From the IMG/VR virus record IMGVR_UViG_3300028588_000016, positions 119,313-183,312 of that record: a DNA stretch of 64,000 nt; one strand, given 5' to 3'. The notes under the pieces were generated by a model. It saw only the letters and a program-made list of their open reading frames with translations, did not search any database and was not told the DNA's origin. The position numbers were made by a program, and so were the translations under genes. Below are positions 1 through 10,191 of this stretch, piece by piece. Numbering within the stretch: the stretch's first letter is position 1; every line of letters begins with the position of its first letter. This DNA is from a virus.

Positions 1-1391
1 ATATCGTTATCAGCTATTCTATAATAAGTATTAAAGTTACCTAATGTTTCTATAGCTCTCTTACATCCTGTAATTGTATTACCAGTAACAGATGTTACAC
101 TAGGTACAGCATCTGTTATTTCAAATAAGTTATTTATAAAAATACCATCACCAATACCAACTGGGTTTTCAATAGCATTACCTTCAATAGTTTGACCTGT
201 TTGGCCATTAACTTCTATACCATAAGCTACAAATCCTTTAATAGTATTGTTTCTTACAATAGATTGATAACCAACAGATGAAATACCCATTCTATTATCT
301 TCTACTACACCTAAACCTGCATTTAAAACAGTGTTATTAAATATATTACTGTTATAAGTATGTTGTTGATCTTCAATACCTGAGTTACCTGATTGTTCAA
401 TAATGTTATTAGATATTTGATTTCTATAACAAGGATTGGCTGTACCTCCATTACCTGTACCAGTGAAACCTACTTTACTAGATTTGTAACTATAATTGTT
501 GTCTATGATATTATCACTAGCACCATATTCACAATGTCTAACAGCAACTGTATAAAATTTATTATTAATGACTTTATTTCGTTTACAAGTTAAACCAGAT
601 AACCAGACTCCATGAACATCTAAACCATAGATAAAATTAAAATCAAATATGTTATTATCTATTATATTATCTTGTCCGGTTACTCTGATTACTGAATTAG
701 TCCATGCCGTTAAAGTACTGTTTGGGAAAGCTACTGTAGGTGGAATAAATCTTAAATCTTTAATAGTTGAATCAGTACCTGTCATAGTGACATATCGCAT
801 GAAATTAAGTAAATCACCAGTTGGATTAATTGCTCCGATAATTGCTTTATTTACACCTCTTACTATTTTGTTAGACGTAATACTTAAAGGTTTATTAATA
901 AAGTAAGTACCTGGTTTACCGTCAATAATTACCTCGTCATAAGTATTGATAGCTGTTTGTAACGCTGTAGATACTTCTGTGTTAGCAGGAGCTTTAAATA
1001 CAAAAGCTGTATTTGGTGCTATTGCTCCAATCGCAGAATCTACGTAAGGTTTTAAAGCTACGTTTCCACTTAATCTTGCGTCATTTAATGTTCCGGAAGT
1101 GATTTGTGCTGCATTAGTAGTAGCTTCACCTCCACCGCCACTCAGCTTAAAAAAAAAATCTGTTACAAGTGCTGTAAGTAAATCTTGCTTATTAGACGGA
1201 GGATTTACATCTGAACCGTCAATGTTTAGTTTACTAATATCTGACATACTTAGAATAACCCCTGTGTCTCCAAATTTAAGGGAGTTACCTGCAACAACAG
1301 ATAAAGGAGAGTCTGTTGGAATTTGAGCTACAAATTCATTTGTATCACTTAAGAGTAATACGTTACCGTTACTTAGTTTTTTAAGTTTCAT
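1..1391 (-). CDS. Tailspike/tail fibre with parallel beta-helix (pectate-lyase-like) repeats; partial, runs off the window start
   Basis: Absent from the ORF track because it has no stop in the window. Hand translation from ATG at 1391 stays open for 463 codons (MKLKKLSNGNVLLLSD...DFFFKLSGGGGEA...IDNNIF...IIDNNY...ISNNII...IFNNTV...VRNNTI...IEGNAI...VTGNTI). The repeated xxNNxI/GNxI ladders are typical of right-handed beta-helices. Confidence 0.8.
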   Translation of the reverse strand, partial: MKLKKLSNGNVLLLSDTNEFVAQIPTDSPLSVVAGNSLKFGDTGVILSMSDISKLNIDGSDVNPPSNKQDLLTALVTDFFFKLSGGGGEATTNAAQITSGTLNDARLSGNVALKPYVDSAIGAIAPNTAFVFKAPANTEVSTALQTAINTYDEVIIDGKPGTYFINKPLSITSNKIVRGVNKAIIGAINPTGDLLNFMRYVTMTGTDSTIKDLRFIPPTVAFPNSTLTAWTNSVIRVTGQDNIIDNNIFDFNFIYGLDVHGVWLSGLTCKRNKVINNKFYTVAVRHCEYGASDNIIDNNYSYKSSKVGFTGTGNGGTANPCYRNQISNNIIEQSGNSGIEDQQHTYNSNIFNNTVLNAGLGVVEDNRMGISSVGYQSIVRNNTIKGFVAYGIEVNGQTGQTIEGNAIENPVGIGDGIFINNLFEITDAVPSVTSVTGNTITGCKRAIETLGNFNTYYRIADND

Positions 1392-1403
1392 TATTAATTT
1401 ATG

Positions 1404-2339
1404 TTATGCTGGTATTGATGTCCATGCTATTGTAGTGTTACCTACTTTATCGGGTGTCAGGCTCTTTATTGTGAGACCTGTTATGAAATCACCACCTGTT
1501 GTAATCCTGTTATAATCTATTACAGTTATATATGAGACTTCTTCGCCCATTGTAAATACACAATCATATAGGAAAGATCCGCTATTTGTAAAGACTATTT
1601 CAAATTGATAATTAATTGTGAAAGGTGCTATTCTATTTAATGAGTAAATATCCACTAACGCCGCAAATAGTTGTATCGCTGTTATTTGGTCGTTTTCGTC
1701 TGTAATTGGAATTGAGCCTACACTTAATGTAAGAATCTCTTTTCTCTCTGCACAACAATCACTATATTCAAAACTAGATTCAAAACTCTCACCACTACCT
1801 CCTGCGTAATTTAAATCAGCTATGAAACAAGGTTCAATCAAATCTCCATCCTCATTCTTTAAGTAGTTTCTGATACCTATACTACCTTGATTCCCGTTTT
1901 CATTATTTTGAGTATTAACCATTTTAATTACATTAGATGATTGTACTAATGCTGGATCAAAGTAATGAGCTATCATGTTTTCAGGAGGACATATAAAGTC
2001 TCCATCTATTAATGCGGGAGTATCTAAAGAAGCTATGAATACTGAACCTATTTGTGTATCGTAATTTAAGTCTACGTTTCCGATTAAACCGTCGTTTAAG
2101 TAAACATTAAAGTTATCATCTTTTGCTGCGTTTGAGTTACATATTTGAAATACTAATACTCTACTAGGACAAACAGGAGGTAACTCTATTGGGATCTCTA
2201 TTATATTAGGTTTAGGTGTTAAACACGAGCTATCCCAAGTTGAATCTTCTTCGTAGATTATCACATCATCCAACTTAGTAATACAACTAAGATCGGATGA
2301 CGTAACATCTGTAACATCTTGAATATAACTTTTAGCCAT
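1404..2339 (-). CDS. Hypothetical virion/tail-associated protein
   Basis: Long ORF in the structural block. Likely start is ATG 2339 (MAKSYIQD), which overlaps the upstream stop. Confidence 0.6.
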   Translation of the reverse strand: MAKSYIQDVTDVTSSDLSCITKLDDVIIYEEDSTWDSSCLTPKPNIIEIPIELPPVCPSRVLVFQICNSNAAKDDNFNVYLNDGLIGNVDLNYDTQIGSVFIASLDTPALIDGDFICPPENMIAHYFDPALVQSSNVIKMVNTQNNENGNQGSIGIRNYLKNEDGDLIEPCFIADLNYAGGSGESFESSFEYSDCCAERKEILTLSVGSIPITDENDQITAIQLFAALVDIYSLNRIAPFTINYQFEIVFTNSGSFLYDCVFTMGEEVSYITVIDYNRITTGGDFITGLTIKSLTPDKVGNTTIAWTSIPA

Positions 2340-2568
2340 TTGATAACTTAACAATAGCGTTATCAAATAGTTGTATCTGTCTGAAAGCATCTATCTCAAA
2401 ATCTTTTATAAAATCGATTACAGTTATTGCTTCCATAATCGGTTCATATCCGTCTAGAGGATGTCCTCTTTGAGCTTTTATAACAAAAGAAGAATAGGCT
2501 TTAATTATTTTTGCTTTGAGCGATTCACGAAGTTTATCCGCAACCGCAGTCTGATCCGTTGTTGCCAT
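2332..2568 (-). CDS. Hypothetical protein (78 aa)
   Basis: Overlaps both neighbours within the structural operon. Confidence 0.6.
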   Translation of the reverse strand: MATTDQTAVADKLRESLKAKIIKAYSSFVIKAQRGHPLDGYEPIMEAITVIDFIKDFEIDAFRQIQLFDNAIVKLSNG

Positions 2569-3289
2569 TGATTTGTTTACAAATTAGACCACATGAATTA
2601 CTAGATTCTATTACTTTTTGAACCTCATTCAAATGACCGTCTTCTTTTAAATAGTTAATAACGTTTAAAGTCATTACTATATAATCTCTTTGTTTTTTAT
2701 AGATATCTCCTTTACCGTTACAAGCTTCTAAACCTTTTGATAAGATTTCTGTTTGTAATTTAAACAAACATTTGTTAAGATAACAAGTACTTATAAATTT
2801 ATAACTGGTTATAGAACCTGTAGTATCATTACCCATCAGTAAAACTAAATCTTTTAATTCAACTACTTCGTTAGCTGAATTATAATAGAAACCTGTTTCT
2901 GGATCGTAGTAATAAGCAGTCTTAGTTATATTTCCAATATTTGCTAAGTAATAAGCTTTGGTAATTACGAAGGCTCTTTTAAAAGTATAGACTCCGTCTT
3001 TAGCTAAAGTATAATATTTAGTTTCAAAGTTATCTGCATAAACTGGTTTAACTTCTGAGGTTGTTAAACTAATTACTTCTTCTAATGGGTTAAGGATTTG
3101 CGTATCTCTATTGTAAGGATTATAGATTACAGTATCAATAAAAACACCGTTTGATAATTTATAATCACCTTCTAAGGTAGGAGTACCGGATTCAATTACG
3201 AATCCGTTAGCTCCACCGAAACCTGTAGTATCTTGTATACTTAATATACAATTACTATTAAAGTTGATATTTATTTTTAATTTAGTCAT
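2534..3289 (-). CDS. Conserved crAss-like structural protein downstream of portal (Cys-rich C-terminus ...SDCGCG)
   Basis: 251 aa, 2 nt downstream of the portal stop. Resemblance to crAss-like post-portal proteins is from recall only. Confidence 0.6.
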   Translation of the reverse strand: MTKLKININFNSNCILSIQDTTGFGGANGFVIESGTPTLEGDYKLSNGVFIDTVIYNPYNRDTQILNPLEEVISLTTSEVKPVYADNFETKYYTLAKDGVYTFKRAFVITKAYYLANIGNITKTAYYYDPETGFYYNSANEVVELKDLVLLMGNDTTGSITSYKFISTCYLNKCLFKLQTEILSKGLEACNGKGDIYKKQRDYIVMTLNVINYLKEDGHLNEVQKVIESSNSCGLICKQINGNNGSDCGCG

Positions 3290-3291
3290 CT

Positions 3292-5544
3292 TTAGTCCAT
3301 TTTAACCTCATTGTTATTTGGGTTATTGTCAAACATTTGCAGTTTCTCTAGTTCAACTTTCTCTTCATCAAGCTTAAGTTTACCATCGTTAAATACTCTA
3401 ACATTATCGTTAGCTTCACTACGTATAGCAAAATCGTTTTTAACTTTAGCTTCTTCAAGATCCAAGTTACGTTTCTTAAATGCTTCAAGTTCTCTAGCAA
3501 TCTTTTGCATTTCTTGTTGCATTTGTTGCTGTTGTTGTTGAGCTTGTTCAAGTTGTTGCTGCAAGTTACCAACAATGTCGTTTTCTTCTTTCTTCTTAGC
3601 TAAACCGTTAAGAATAGATTCTTGCATTTCAGTCATACTTTCGGTAGTAATAGCTTGGAAAACTACTTCTGGATCTACTAGTCCACCTTTAATAAGTTCC
3701 ATACTTAATCCTTCAATCTTTTGCATATCTTTGATAATGTCTCCACTATCTGCAATATGTACATCGTGATCAGTAAAACTAAAGTTCTTAGGATCTACTG
3801 TAAAGATTTTACGTTGTTTATCTCCTAATATAATAGAACCTACGAATCCTTTTCTGTATGAATACTTACATTGATTGATAGCGTCAACTAATAATTCAGC
3901 TGTAATGTTATCCATTAAATGGAAGTAGGATTTAGTAATAATAGCAGATTGTTTTACTCCAACTTCTACGTTAGTTACCGCATCTCTTTGTTCTATTCCA
4001 CCAAGTCTTTCTCTGAAGACACCTGTTATATTTGAACAAGCAGCTTCAGTTTGTTGAATAGCTAAACCTATTGCTTGTATTGCATCACCTTTAACAGTAT
4101 CGTCAAATCCACCGAATATAGTATTAAGGTTAGCTGCACGGCCTTCTTGTGAAGAGTCTAACAAAGCAACACCGTTCTTTTTATAACCTATCCATTTCAT
4201 CAAACGTTCTGCAGGTTCAGTACCTAAGAAAGCTGGTAATTGCGATACGTCCATAAAGTCACCTTGTACACCAGAGTTAGCCATTAAAGTGTCTCTCCAG
4301 AAGTGTAGTAAATCATACTTATCTTGAATAGAAGCCGCAGCTAAAACTAAAGAATAAGTAGTACCTCTAGCACCAGGACAGAATCCATTAACTGATAAGT
4401 AAGCAGCGTTAGGTTTTTCGATAGAACGTATAACGTTTTCTTTCTTACCCATATCACAATAAATATCAGCACCTATACGTACACCCTCATAGATATCAGT
4501 ACGATAACCTTTTCCATTAATACCGTCTTTCATTTCGATTTCAGTATTAGTAGTCCATTCAACTTCGTAAACAGGATATAAATTCTGAGTACTAAAGTCC
4601 CTATCGTATTCAGCAGAATAAGGTATAGTTATATCAACATTTGAAATAAGTCCACCACTTGCACTCCTGATGTAGTAAACTTGTGCGGTATGATCGTAAG
4701 CTACCTCGCTATCTAAAGCATCGATATCTTCTTTCTCCATCTTATGACCATACTTAGAAATTATTTCAGTCTTAGTATACCAATAACGTACAACACTCCT
4801 TGCTCTCTTCTTAACGTAGGGAGAAGAATAGTTATTACTATTTTCTATAAATGTATCAAAAGGATTAAGTATTTCAATCTCTGGAGTTTCTCCTTCATGC
4901 TGTAGAGATACTTTGTAATAACATTGACCTGCCACCAAGATATCTAAGAATAGAATCTTTAGTTTAGTGTATAAATCAACTTCTCTACTTTGTATTAAGT
5001 GAGTAACGATATCTTGAGCAGCTACTTCAAAATCCGATTTAAAGTTTCTACTTAAATCATCCTTTAGTTTACTAATCTCTCTTTCATTTGCTTTATCGAC
5101 AGGAGGTTGTTTAGCTTTCTTCTCTTCTTCTGTTTGTAAAGCGTACCAAAGATTATTCATCATTTGGCTTTTTAATCTTTCTAATTCACCTGCATAGATT
5201 GCTTCCTTACGTTGCTTTTCTATTAAGTTGATAGTCTTTCTATCTTTACAAGTGATTTTCGGTTTAAGTTTGTTCTGTAAATGTTCACCGATTAAAACGT
5301 CAATATGACTCTTAATCAGAGGAATGAATTCTACAGAAGTAGGTGTACCTATACCGAAGTTATCTTCTAAGTGTTTGTATTGATCTTTGTCACGTTTACC
5401 TTCATAGTAGTTATAAGCTTTTCTTAAAGAATCTTTCTCATACACTAATTCAGAAATAGCGGCATCAATACAATCCATAAGGTATTCTGGATCTTCCTTT
5501 TGTTTCTCTGTCAGTAATACTGATCTGTAATTAACAGTGCCCAT
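3292..5544 (-). CDS. Portal protein (crAss-like)
   Basis: 750 aa. N-terminal AYNYYEG...G.GTPTSVEFIPLIKSHIDVL.GE, central ITGVFRERLGGIEQRDAVTNV, C-terminal Q-rich coiled coil. Located one small ORF downstream of TerL. Confidence 0.88.
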   Translation of the reverse strand: MGTVNYRSVLLTEKQKEDPEYLMDCIDAAISELVYEKDSLRKAYNYYEGKRDKDQYKHLEDNFGIGTPTSVEFIPLIKSHIDVLIGEHLQNKLKPKITCKDRKTINLIEKQRKEAIYAGELERLKSQMMNNLWYALQTEEEKKAKQPPVDKANEREISKLKDDLSRNFKSDFEVAAQDIVTHLIQSREVDLYTKLKILFLDILVAGQCYYKVSLQHEGETPEIEILNPFDTFIENSNNYSSPYVKKRARSVVRYWYTKTEIISKYGHKMEKEDIDALDSEVAYDHTAQVYYIRSASGGLISNVDITIPYSAEYDRDFSTQNLYPVYEVEWTTNTEIEMKDGINGKGYRTDIYEGVRIGADIYCDMGKKENVIRSIEKPNAAYLSVNGFCPGARGTTYSLVLAAASIQDKYDLLHFWRDTLMANSGVQGDFMDVSQLPAFLGTEPAERLMKWIGYKKNGVALLDSSQEGRAANLNTIFGGFDDTVKGDAIQAIGLAIQQTEAACSNITGVFRERLGGIEQRDAVTNVEVGVKQSAIITKSYFHLMDNITAELLVDAINQCKYSYRKGFVGSIILGDKQRKIFTVDPKNFSFTDHDVHIADSGDIIKDMQKIEGLSMELIKGGLVDPEVVFQAITTESMTEMQESILNGLAKKKEENDIVGNLQQQLEQAQQQQQQMQQEMQKIARELEAFKKRNLDLEEAKVKNDFAIRSEANDNVRVFNDGKLKLDEEKVELEKLQMFDNNPNNNEVKMD

Positions 5545-5854
5545 CTTTGAAATTCTTTACGTTGCTTTCTGGAACGCTATCTGGCATAACTTTAAAAGCG
5601 CTGAAATATTTTGTATTATAGAGAGATCTATTACGAAACTCTCTTTTAAAGTAATTTATAAAATCTGCATCAGTCGAGAAATCACCGGCCAATATGATCG
5701 GTCTTTCATCGTTATTTAAATTGAAATGTAATACATATACATTACCTTCACGAAATAACTTTGATCTGCCTGTATACAATAGTTTATATTGTGTACAAAT
5801 ATATTCTTTTATTGCATCTAATACTGGATGCTCTGTTACATAGTCTTCTGTCAT
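5531..5854 (-). CDS. Hypothetical protein between TerL and portal
   Basis: 107 aa, overlaps both neighbours. Confidence 0.65.
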   Translation of the reverse strand: MTEDYVTEHPVLDAIKEYICTQYKLLYTGRSKLFREGNVYVLHFNLNNDERPIILAGDFSTDADFINYFKREFRNRSLYNTKYFSAFKVMPDSVPESNVKNFKDGHC

Positions 5855-7974
5855 TGTATCATGTATGGATGGTTAGGGAATAAAGCTTGAGCTAGTTTAT
5901 TAGATTCATCTCTTACCCCGAATTGTTTTTTACCGTTGGCATCAGTGAAATATCCAACATCTTTCCACTTGCTAGCTAAATCATCTGTCTTTCTAATAAC
6001 TAAATCGTACATATCTTCGTCAGCTATTTCACAATAAACCATAGACATCACTATATCGAACAGACCTTTAGCTTCGTAAGAGAATTTCTGTAACTGCTCT
6101 ATCATTTCTATAAAGAAAATACTTTGAGCACCATCTTCAACGAAATCCGTTACCAAACTCAATCCATGCATAATCATCTTTTCAGAACCAGGAGTACCCC
6201 ATAAAGTAGCTGCAGGACGTTTATCTCCTAAAGCAAACGAAGGTCTTTCCATTAGATACTTTCTATCTAATTTCTTTAAACGTAACCATGTTCTAAAACC
6301 GATCTTCGTATCCTCTAAGTTAGTCTTACAGCTATAATACATAAGTAGCTTTGCACCATTAGTATATGCTTCACGCACGTCCATAGGTCTATCCATATAA
6401 TAGGCTACATATTTATTACCTGTATTACCAAATCTTCGTTTCTTAATAGTCATACAGAACTTTGAACCTTTAGCTCCAACAACTGAATCGCCTTCACCGT
6501 GGTCAATACTATCAGTTCCAGAACAGTATAAGTTTCTTACTGGTACAATACTACCATTTTCATTCTGTTGATGTACAGGATGTTCTGATATCATAATCAT
6601 CCCTTTAGGATTAGGTTCCCATCTAACACCGGTAACTTCATCTGTTCCTTCTTTATATGTCCAAAACAAGTGACCTCTTTCAGGTACAGGAGTAGACTTT
6701 AAGATTTTAATCTCTGTATACTGTTGAGCAAGTAAAGCTTGGTTGAAATCGTTTTGACCTTGTTTAGATAAGGCTTCTTCTGGATAAAAACAATACTCTG
6801 CACAATAGTTCATTAGCTCGACAGGATCGTGTGCTAGTTTTCTACGTTTAGCATTGTAATAATCTTTAGCCATTTGAGAATTAGTAACACCTCTATGATC
6901 CATACAACTAACCATTTCACCTGTCTCTTCATCTTTGTATCCGATGAAACAACTGTAAGCTGGTAAGAAGAATCCTGTAAGAGCATATTGACCGTCTGTA
7001 GTATGATTATGTCTATATGGTAATCCTTCGAACATTGCTGGATTAATAAACATTTTCTCTAAACCTGCTAATGCCGGTCCGCTATCACCACCTGTACCAA
7101 ACACAATACGTGTACCAATCTTTCTACCCAATAGATCTACTAGTGCTTGACCTTTTACATACGTTTCTGTAAGAATTGGATTAGATCCAGACTCTTCATA
7201 TATTAAACGATCCACACGACTACCCCTAAGTTTACGTGAGTTATCGGCAACAACTCCCATAATTTCAGATAAGAATCCTTTCTCATTCTTTTGAGAATCG
7301 AGATAAGATGCTTTCTTCCACATAGTGGTATCTTTAACTTGTCTTAATCTAGAAAAGGCTGTTTCTGTTTCTTGATTCAAGTATTCTAACTGATCCCAAC
7401 ATTTAGATAATGTAGGAGTTAAAAGACCATCTGAGAAAGCTACATAAAATACTTTATATTTCTTGTTTGTAATGTAAGGTCTAACGCCTAAACATACCGC
7501 CATCTCTGAGAAACCAACACCCCTCGCTTTAAACGCGATAACATCTTTACCCAAATGTTCACATATGTCTATGTAATGAAAGTATTCATAGTGTTTTGAC
7601 CAAAAGTCTGGATGACCAACGTCACGACCAGAACCTGCTTTAGTCACATTACCTAGTTTCTGCAATACGTAAAAGTTAAGAAAGAAATAATGGTCACCAG
7701 TAATACGGTAACCATTATGTTCAAATCCTTCTTTACACCTACGCATTTGTTCTACCCACCAATCACGATGAGACTTTGTTCCTATAGGGTAATTAGTATA
7801 TTTACCGGTGGCGTCTTTTTTAACACCTGCTTCAATAAATGGAGTTTTGTCAAAATCAAGGCCTTTAGTTTCAGTAATAGGACGATACTTACTAAGTTCA
7901 TAAGTTAACTCTGGATCAAAGAATTCAATCTTCCTTCCAATAGGTACGTCCCATTTAAATTGTTCTTTCGCCAT
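5851..7974 (-). CDS. terL: Terminase large subunit
   Basis: 707 aa. Walker-A-like KARGVGFS, Walker-B LIYEESG, coupling motif GTGG, and nuclease-domain acidic motifs (SGTDSID, FDIVMS). Confidence 0.92.
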   Translation of the reverse strand: MAKEQFKWDVPIGRKIEFFDPELTYELSKYRPITETKGLDFDKTPFIEAGVKKDATGKYTNYPIGTKSHRDWWVEQMRRCKEGFEHNGYRITGDHYFFLNFYVLQKLGNVTKAGSGRDVGHPDFWSKHYEYFHYIDICEHLGKDVIAFKARGVGFSEMAVCLGVRPYITNKKYKVFYVAFSDGLLTPTLSKCWDQLEYLNQETETAFSRLRQVKDTTMWKKASYLDSQKNEKGFLSEIMGVVADNSRKLRGSRVDRLIYEESGSNPILTETYVKGQALVDLLGRKIGTRIVFGTGGDSGPALAGLEKMFINPAMFEGLPYRHNHTTDGQYALTGFFLPAYSCFIGYKDEETGEMVSCMDHRGVTNSQMAKDYYNAKRRKLAHDPVELMNYCAEYCFYPEEALSKQGQNDFNQALLAQQYTEIKILKSTPVPERGHLFWTYKEGTDEVTGVRWEPNPKGMIMISEHPVHQQNENGSIVPVRNLYCSGTDSIDHGEGDSVVGAKGSKFCMTIKKRRFGNTGNKYVAYYMDRPMDVREAYTNGAKLLMYYSCKTNLEDTKIGFRTWLRLKKLDRKYLMERPSFALGDKRPAATLWGTPGSEKMIMHGLSLVTDFVEDGAQSIFFIEMIEQLQKFSYEAKGLFDIVMSMVYCEIADEDMYDLVIRKTDDLASKWKDVGYFTDANGKKQFGVRDESNKLAQALFPNHPYMIQ

Positions 7975-7976
7975 AA

Positions 7977-8549
7977 TTAATCTTCAAACATTCCTTTAGA
8001 AGCACCTGCACGTACACCTTTTTCTTTTTCTTGTTCTTTCTTAACCATGAACTCCAGTTGTTGTAAACCTTCTACAGTTTTACCTAGAGCAGCTAAGTTA
8101 GCCATTGCTTCTTTTGCAGAGTGAATTGGTTTACCAGTTTCCATGTCTCTTTCTTGAAGAGAAGTAGTTCTAAAATATAACCTTAACTCATCAATCATAC
8201 AGTAAGCATCAGCTAATAGTTTCAGACTTCTTGTCTCTAGCAAAGAACGATATTTAATGATAGCAGCTGTTAGTAATTCGTCATCTAAATCCTTTTGAGT
8301 TAGTTTAGAATCTTCCATTGCTGCATCAATCTTTTCTTTATCAGAGTATTCCGAGTAAGGAGATTTCCAATCGTATACCAAATAGATATAAGTAAATGCT
8401 CTAAATGCTTTAAGTCGTTTACGTCCGTCTTTGTCTCCCTCTACTCCAGAGTTATATTTAAGTGTGAATAATTCAGCAAACTCTTTAATTAAAAGTAGTT
8501 CCGGTTTATTCAGTTCTAAGCGATAGTCTTCGTATATAAATAAATTCAT
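7977..8549 (-). CDS. Conserved protein upstream of TerL; terminase small subunit candidate
   Basis: 190 aa, helical, immediately upstream of terL. Function inferred from position only. Confidence 0.5.
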   Translation of the reverse strand: MNLFIYEDYRLELNKPELLLIKEFAELFTLKYNSGVEGDKDGRKRLKAFRAFTYIYLVYDWKSPYSEYSDKEKIDAAMEDSKLTQKDLDDELLTAAIIKYRSLLETRSLKLLADAYCMIDELRLYFRTTSLQERDMETGKPIHSAKEAMANLAALGKTVEGLQQLEFMVKKEQEKEKGVRAGASKGMFED

Positions 8550-8597
8550 TGTCTTATTATTTTATTATTTCCTATTAATTATTATTGTTGTGTTAAA

Positions 8598-9569
8598 CTA
8601 TTTCTTGTTTAACGCTGTATGTTCTGACATACCAGAATCGTGTCTACGACCTAATCCTGTTTTACCATCTTTACCTTTAGGGTTGTTACCTAATAAAGCT
8701 GTTTTGTGATCCTTACCTTTACTTTTAAGTTTCTTCAAAGCACTTAATTTAGGATTACCATGATCTTTACGACCACCGTGTGCATCAGCTGAATCCATGC
8801 CTTTAGGATTATTTCCTAAAACTGCAGTCTTACCGTCTTGTCCTTTATCTTTAATTGATCCGCCCTTAGCGAATGCTCTAGCTAATTGACCTTGTGGTAA
8901 AGCTTGTCCCATTTGAGGAAGAGCTTGATTTTGTTTAGCACGATAATCTGTAAGTAATTTATCTACAAGTGGCCATTGACTTTCACTAGTCAAACCAGAT
9001 GTAGTACCTTGCATTTTGTATACGTCTTTCATACCTGATTGAGTTCTAACATGATCCCATTCAGACTGTGTCATTTGACGCTGAGCACCTCCAACACCTG
9101 CAGTGTTACGTCCTTGATTATATGGACCGTAGCCATATGTTTGAGGAGCTGCTCCACCAATTAGAGGTGAACCGCCTGTTTCTGTAGTTGCTTGCGCTGA
9201 TCCACTAGATTGAGCTGGTTCGTTAACATATTCGTAACCAGAAGTAGTATTAGCTACACCACGATTACGTTGTGCAACTTGTGATTCCTGACCACCTTTC
9301 TTATAACCCCAACCATCGTAGACTTTAGACCAGTCTTCTTTCGGTGCTGACTTCTTAACTGCACCACCTTGTTGTAGTTTTTGTAAGTAACTTAACTTAC
9401 CACCTTTTTGATTCATTGGAGTTTGTTTTTCTTTTTGAAACACCTCATACGCTTGTCTGACACCATCGTCACCCATCTCATTTAATTGTTGTTGCAATTC
9501 ATCTTCAGATTCAACCTCTAGCTTTTGAGTTAACCATTCTATGAATTCTGCTTGTGTTTGTTCGTCCAT
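8598..9569 (-). CDS. Low-complexity putative virion/cargo protein with repeated (Q/K)GG motifs
   Basis: 323 aa. Contains NQKGGKL, LQQGGAV, YKKGGQE and FAKGGSI, and a duplicated LLGNNPKG-type motif at the C-terminus. Confidence 0.6.
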   Translation of the reverse strand: MDEQTQAEFIEWLTQKLEVESEDELQQQLNEMGDDGVRQAYEVFQKEKQTPMNQKGGKLSYLQKLQQGGAVKKSAPKEDWSKVYDGWGYKKGGQESQVAQRNRGVANTTSGYEYVNEPAQSSGSAQATTETGGSPLIGGAAPQTYGYGPYNQGRNTAGVGGAQRQMTQSEWDHVRTQSGMKDVYKMQGTTSGLTSESQWPLVDKLLTDYRAKQNQALPQMGQALPQGQLARAFAKGGSIKDKGQDGKTAVLGNNPKGMDSADAHGGRKDHGNPKLSALKKLKSKGKDHKTALLGNNPKGKDGKTGLGRRHDSGMSEHTALNKK

Positions 9570-10054
9570 TATTGTTTCTTATCGTTTAATTTTTCGAGTA
9601 TGACTTTTCTAAGATTTAATGAAGCCCTATTATTATAAAGCATATCCTTGCCTATTATACCGTCTATTGAGTAACCAGTATGCCATTTTACATTAGCTTT
9701 AGTTTGTTTAAAGTTGTGTACATAAAATGTGTTATCCATGATACTAACTGCACGTGTTCTATTATTCGTATCTCCAGTTACAAGTACCAATTCCTCAGAT
9801 GTTACGTTTTTAACTCGTAGTCTTTTCTTGATAACAACTAAGGAGTCTATGAAAGAAACCGGTGATTGTGAGTCTAATAGAAATATATAATCTTCGCCTT
9901 GGATAGAAACTTTAATAATAGGTACCTTAGTTTCTGCCGTAAATTGTACTATCTGTATACTGTCTTTCGCGCCAACATAATCTGTACATGTGATTGATGT
10001 TGTGCTTATGAACAATATAGCTAACAGTATTTGAATGCTCTTAATGATATTCAT
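9569..10054 (-). CDS. Retropepsin-like aspartyl protease homolog with N-terminal signal/TM
   Basis: FLLDSQSPVSFID aligns to the FLLDTG.S.S.I catalytic motif and IDGIIGKDML to the DGILG.D.L flap motif. Confidence 0.65.
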   Translation of the reverse strand: MNIIKSIQILLAILFISTTSITCTDYVGAKDSIQIVQFTAETKVPIIKVSIQGEDYIFLLDSQSPVSFIDSLVVIKKRLRVKNVTSEELVLVTGDTNNRTRAVSIMDNTFYVHNFKQTKANVKWHTGYSIDGIIGKDMLYNNRASLNLRKVILEKLNDKKQ

Positions 10055-10108
10055 TCTCTGTAATTATTTGTATAATTCGTTTAATTGATTTGTTGTTATT
10101 AGCAAATG

Positions 10109-10116
10109 CAAATATA
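10109..10116 (-). promoter_or_regulatory. Bacteroidota sigma-A -7 box (TATATTTG)
   Basis: TAnnTTTG on the minus strand, just after a terminator and upstream of the packaging/structural operon. Confidence 0.65.
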
Positions 10117-10119
10117 TAC

Positions 10120-10150
10120 AAAAAAAGCGAGTATATTGCTATACTCGCTT
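10120..10150 (-). terminator. Rho-independent terminator
   Basis: 10-bp stem AAGCGAGTAT/ATACTCGCTT, 6-nt loop, followed by a T-run on the minus strand. Confidence 0.75.
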
Positions 10151-10191
10151 CATTCATTATAGATAAATTGTAGGTAATGAGATAAGACTCA

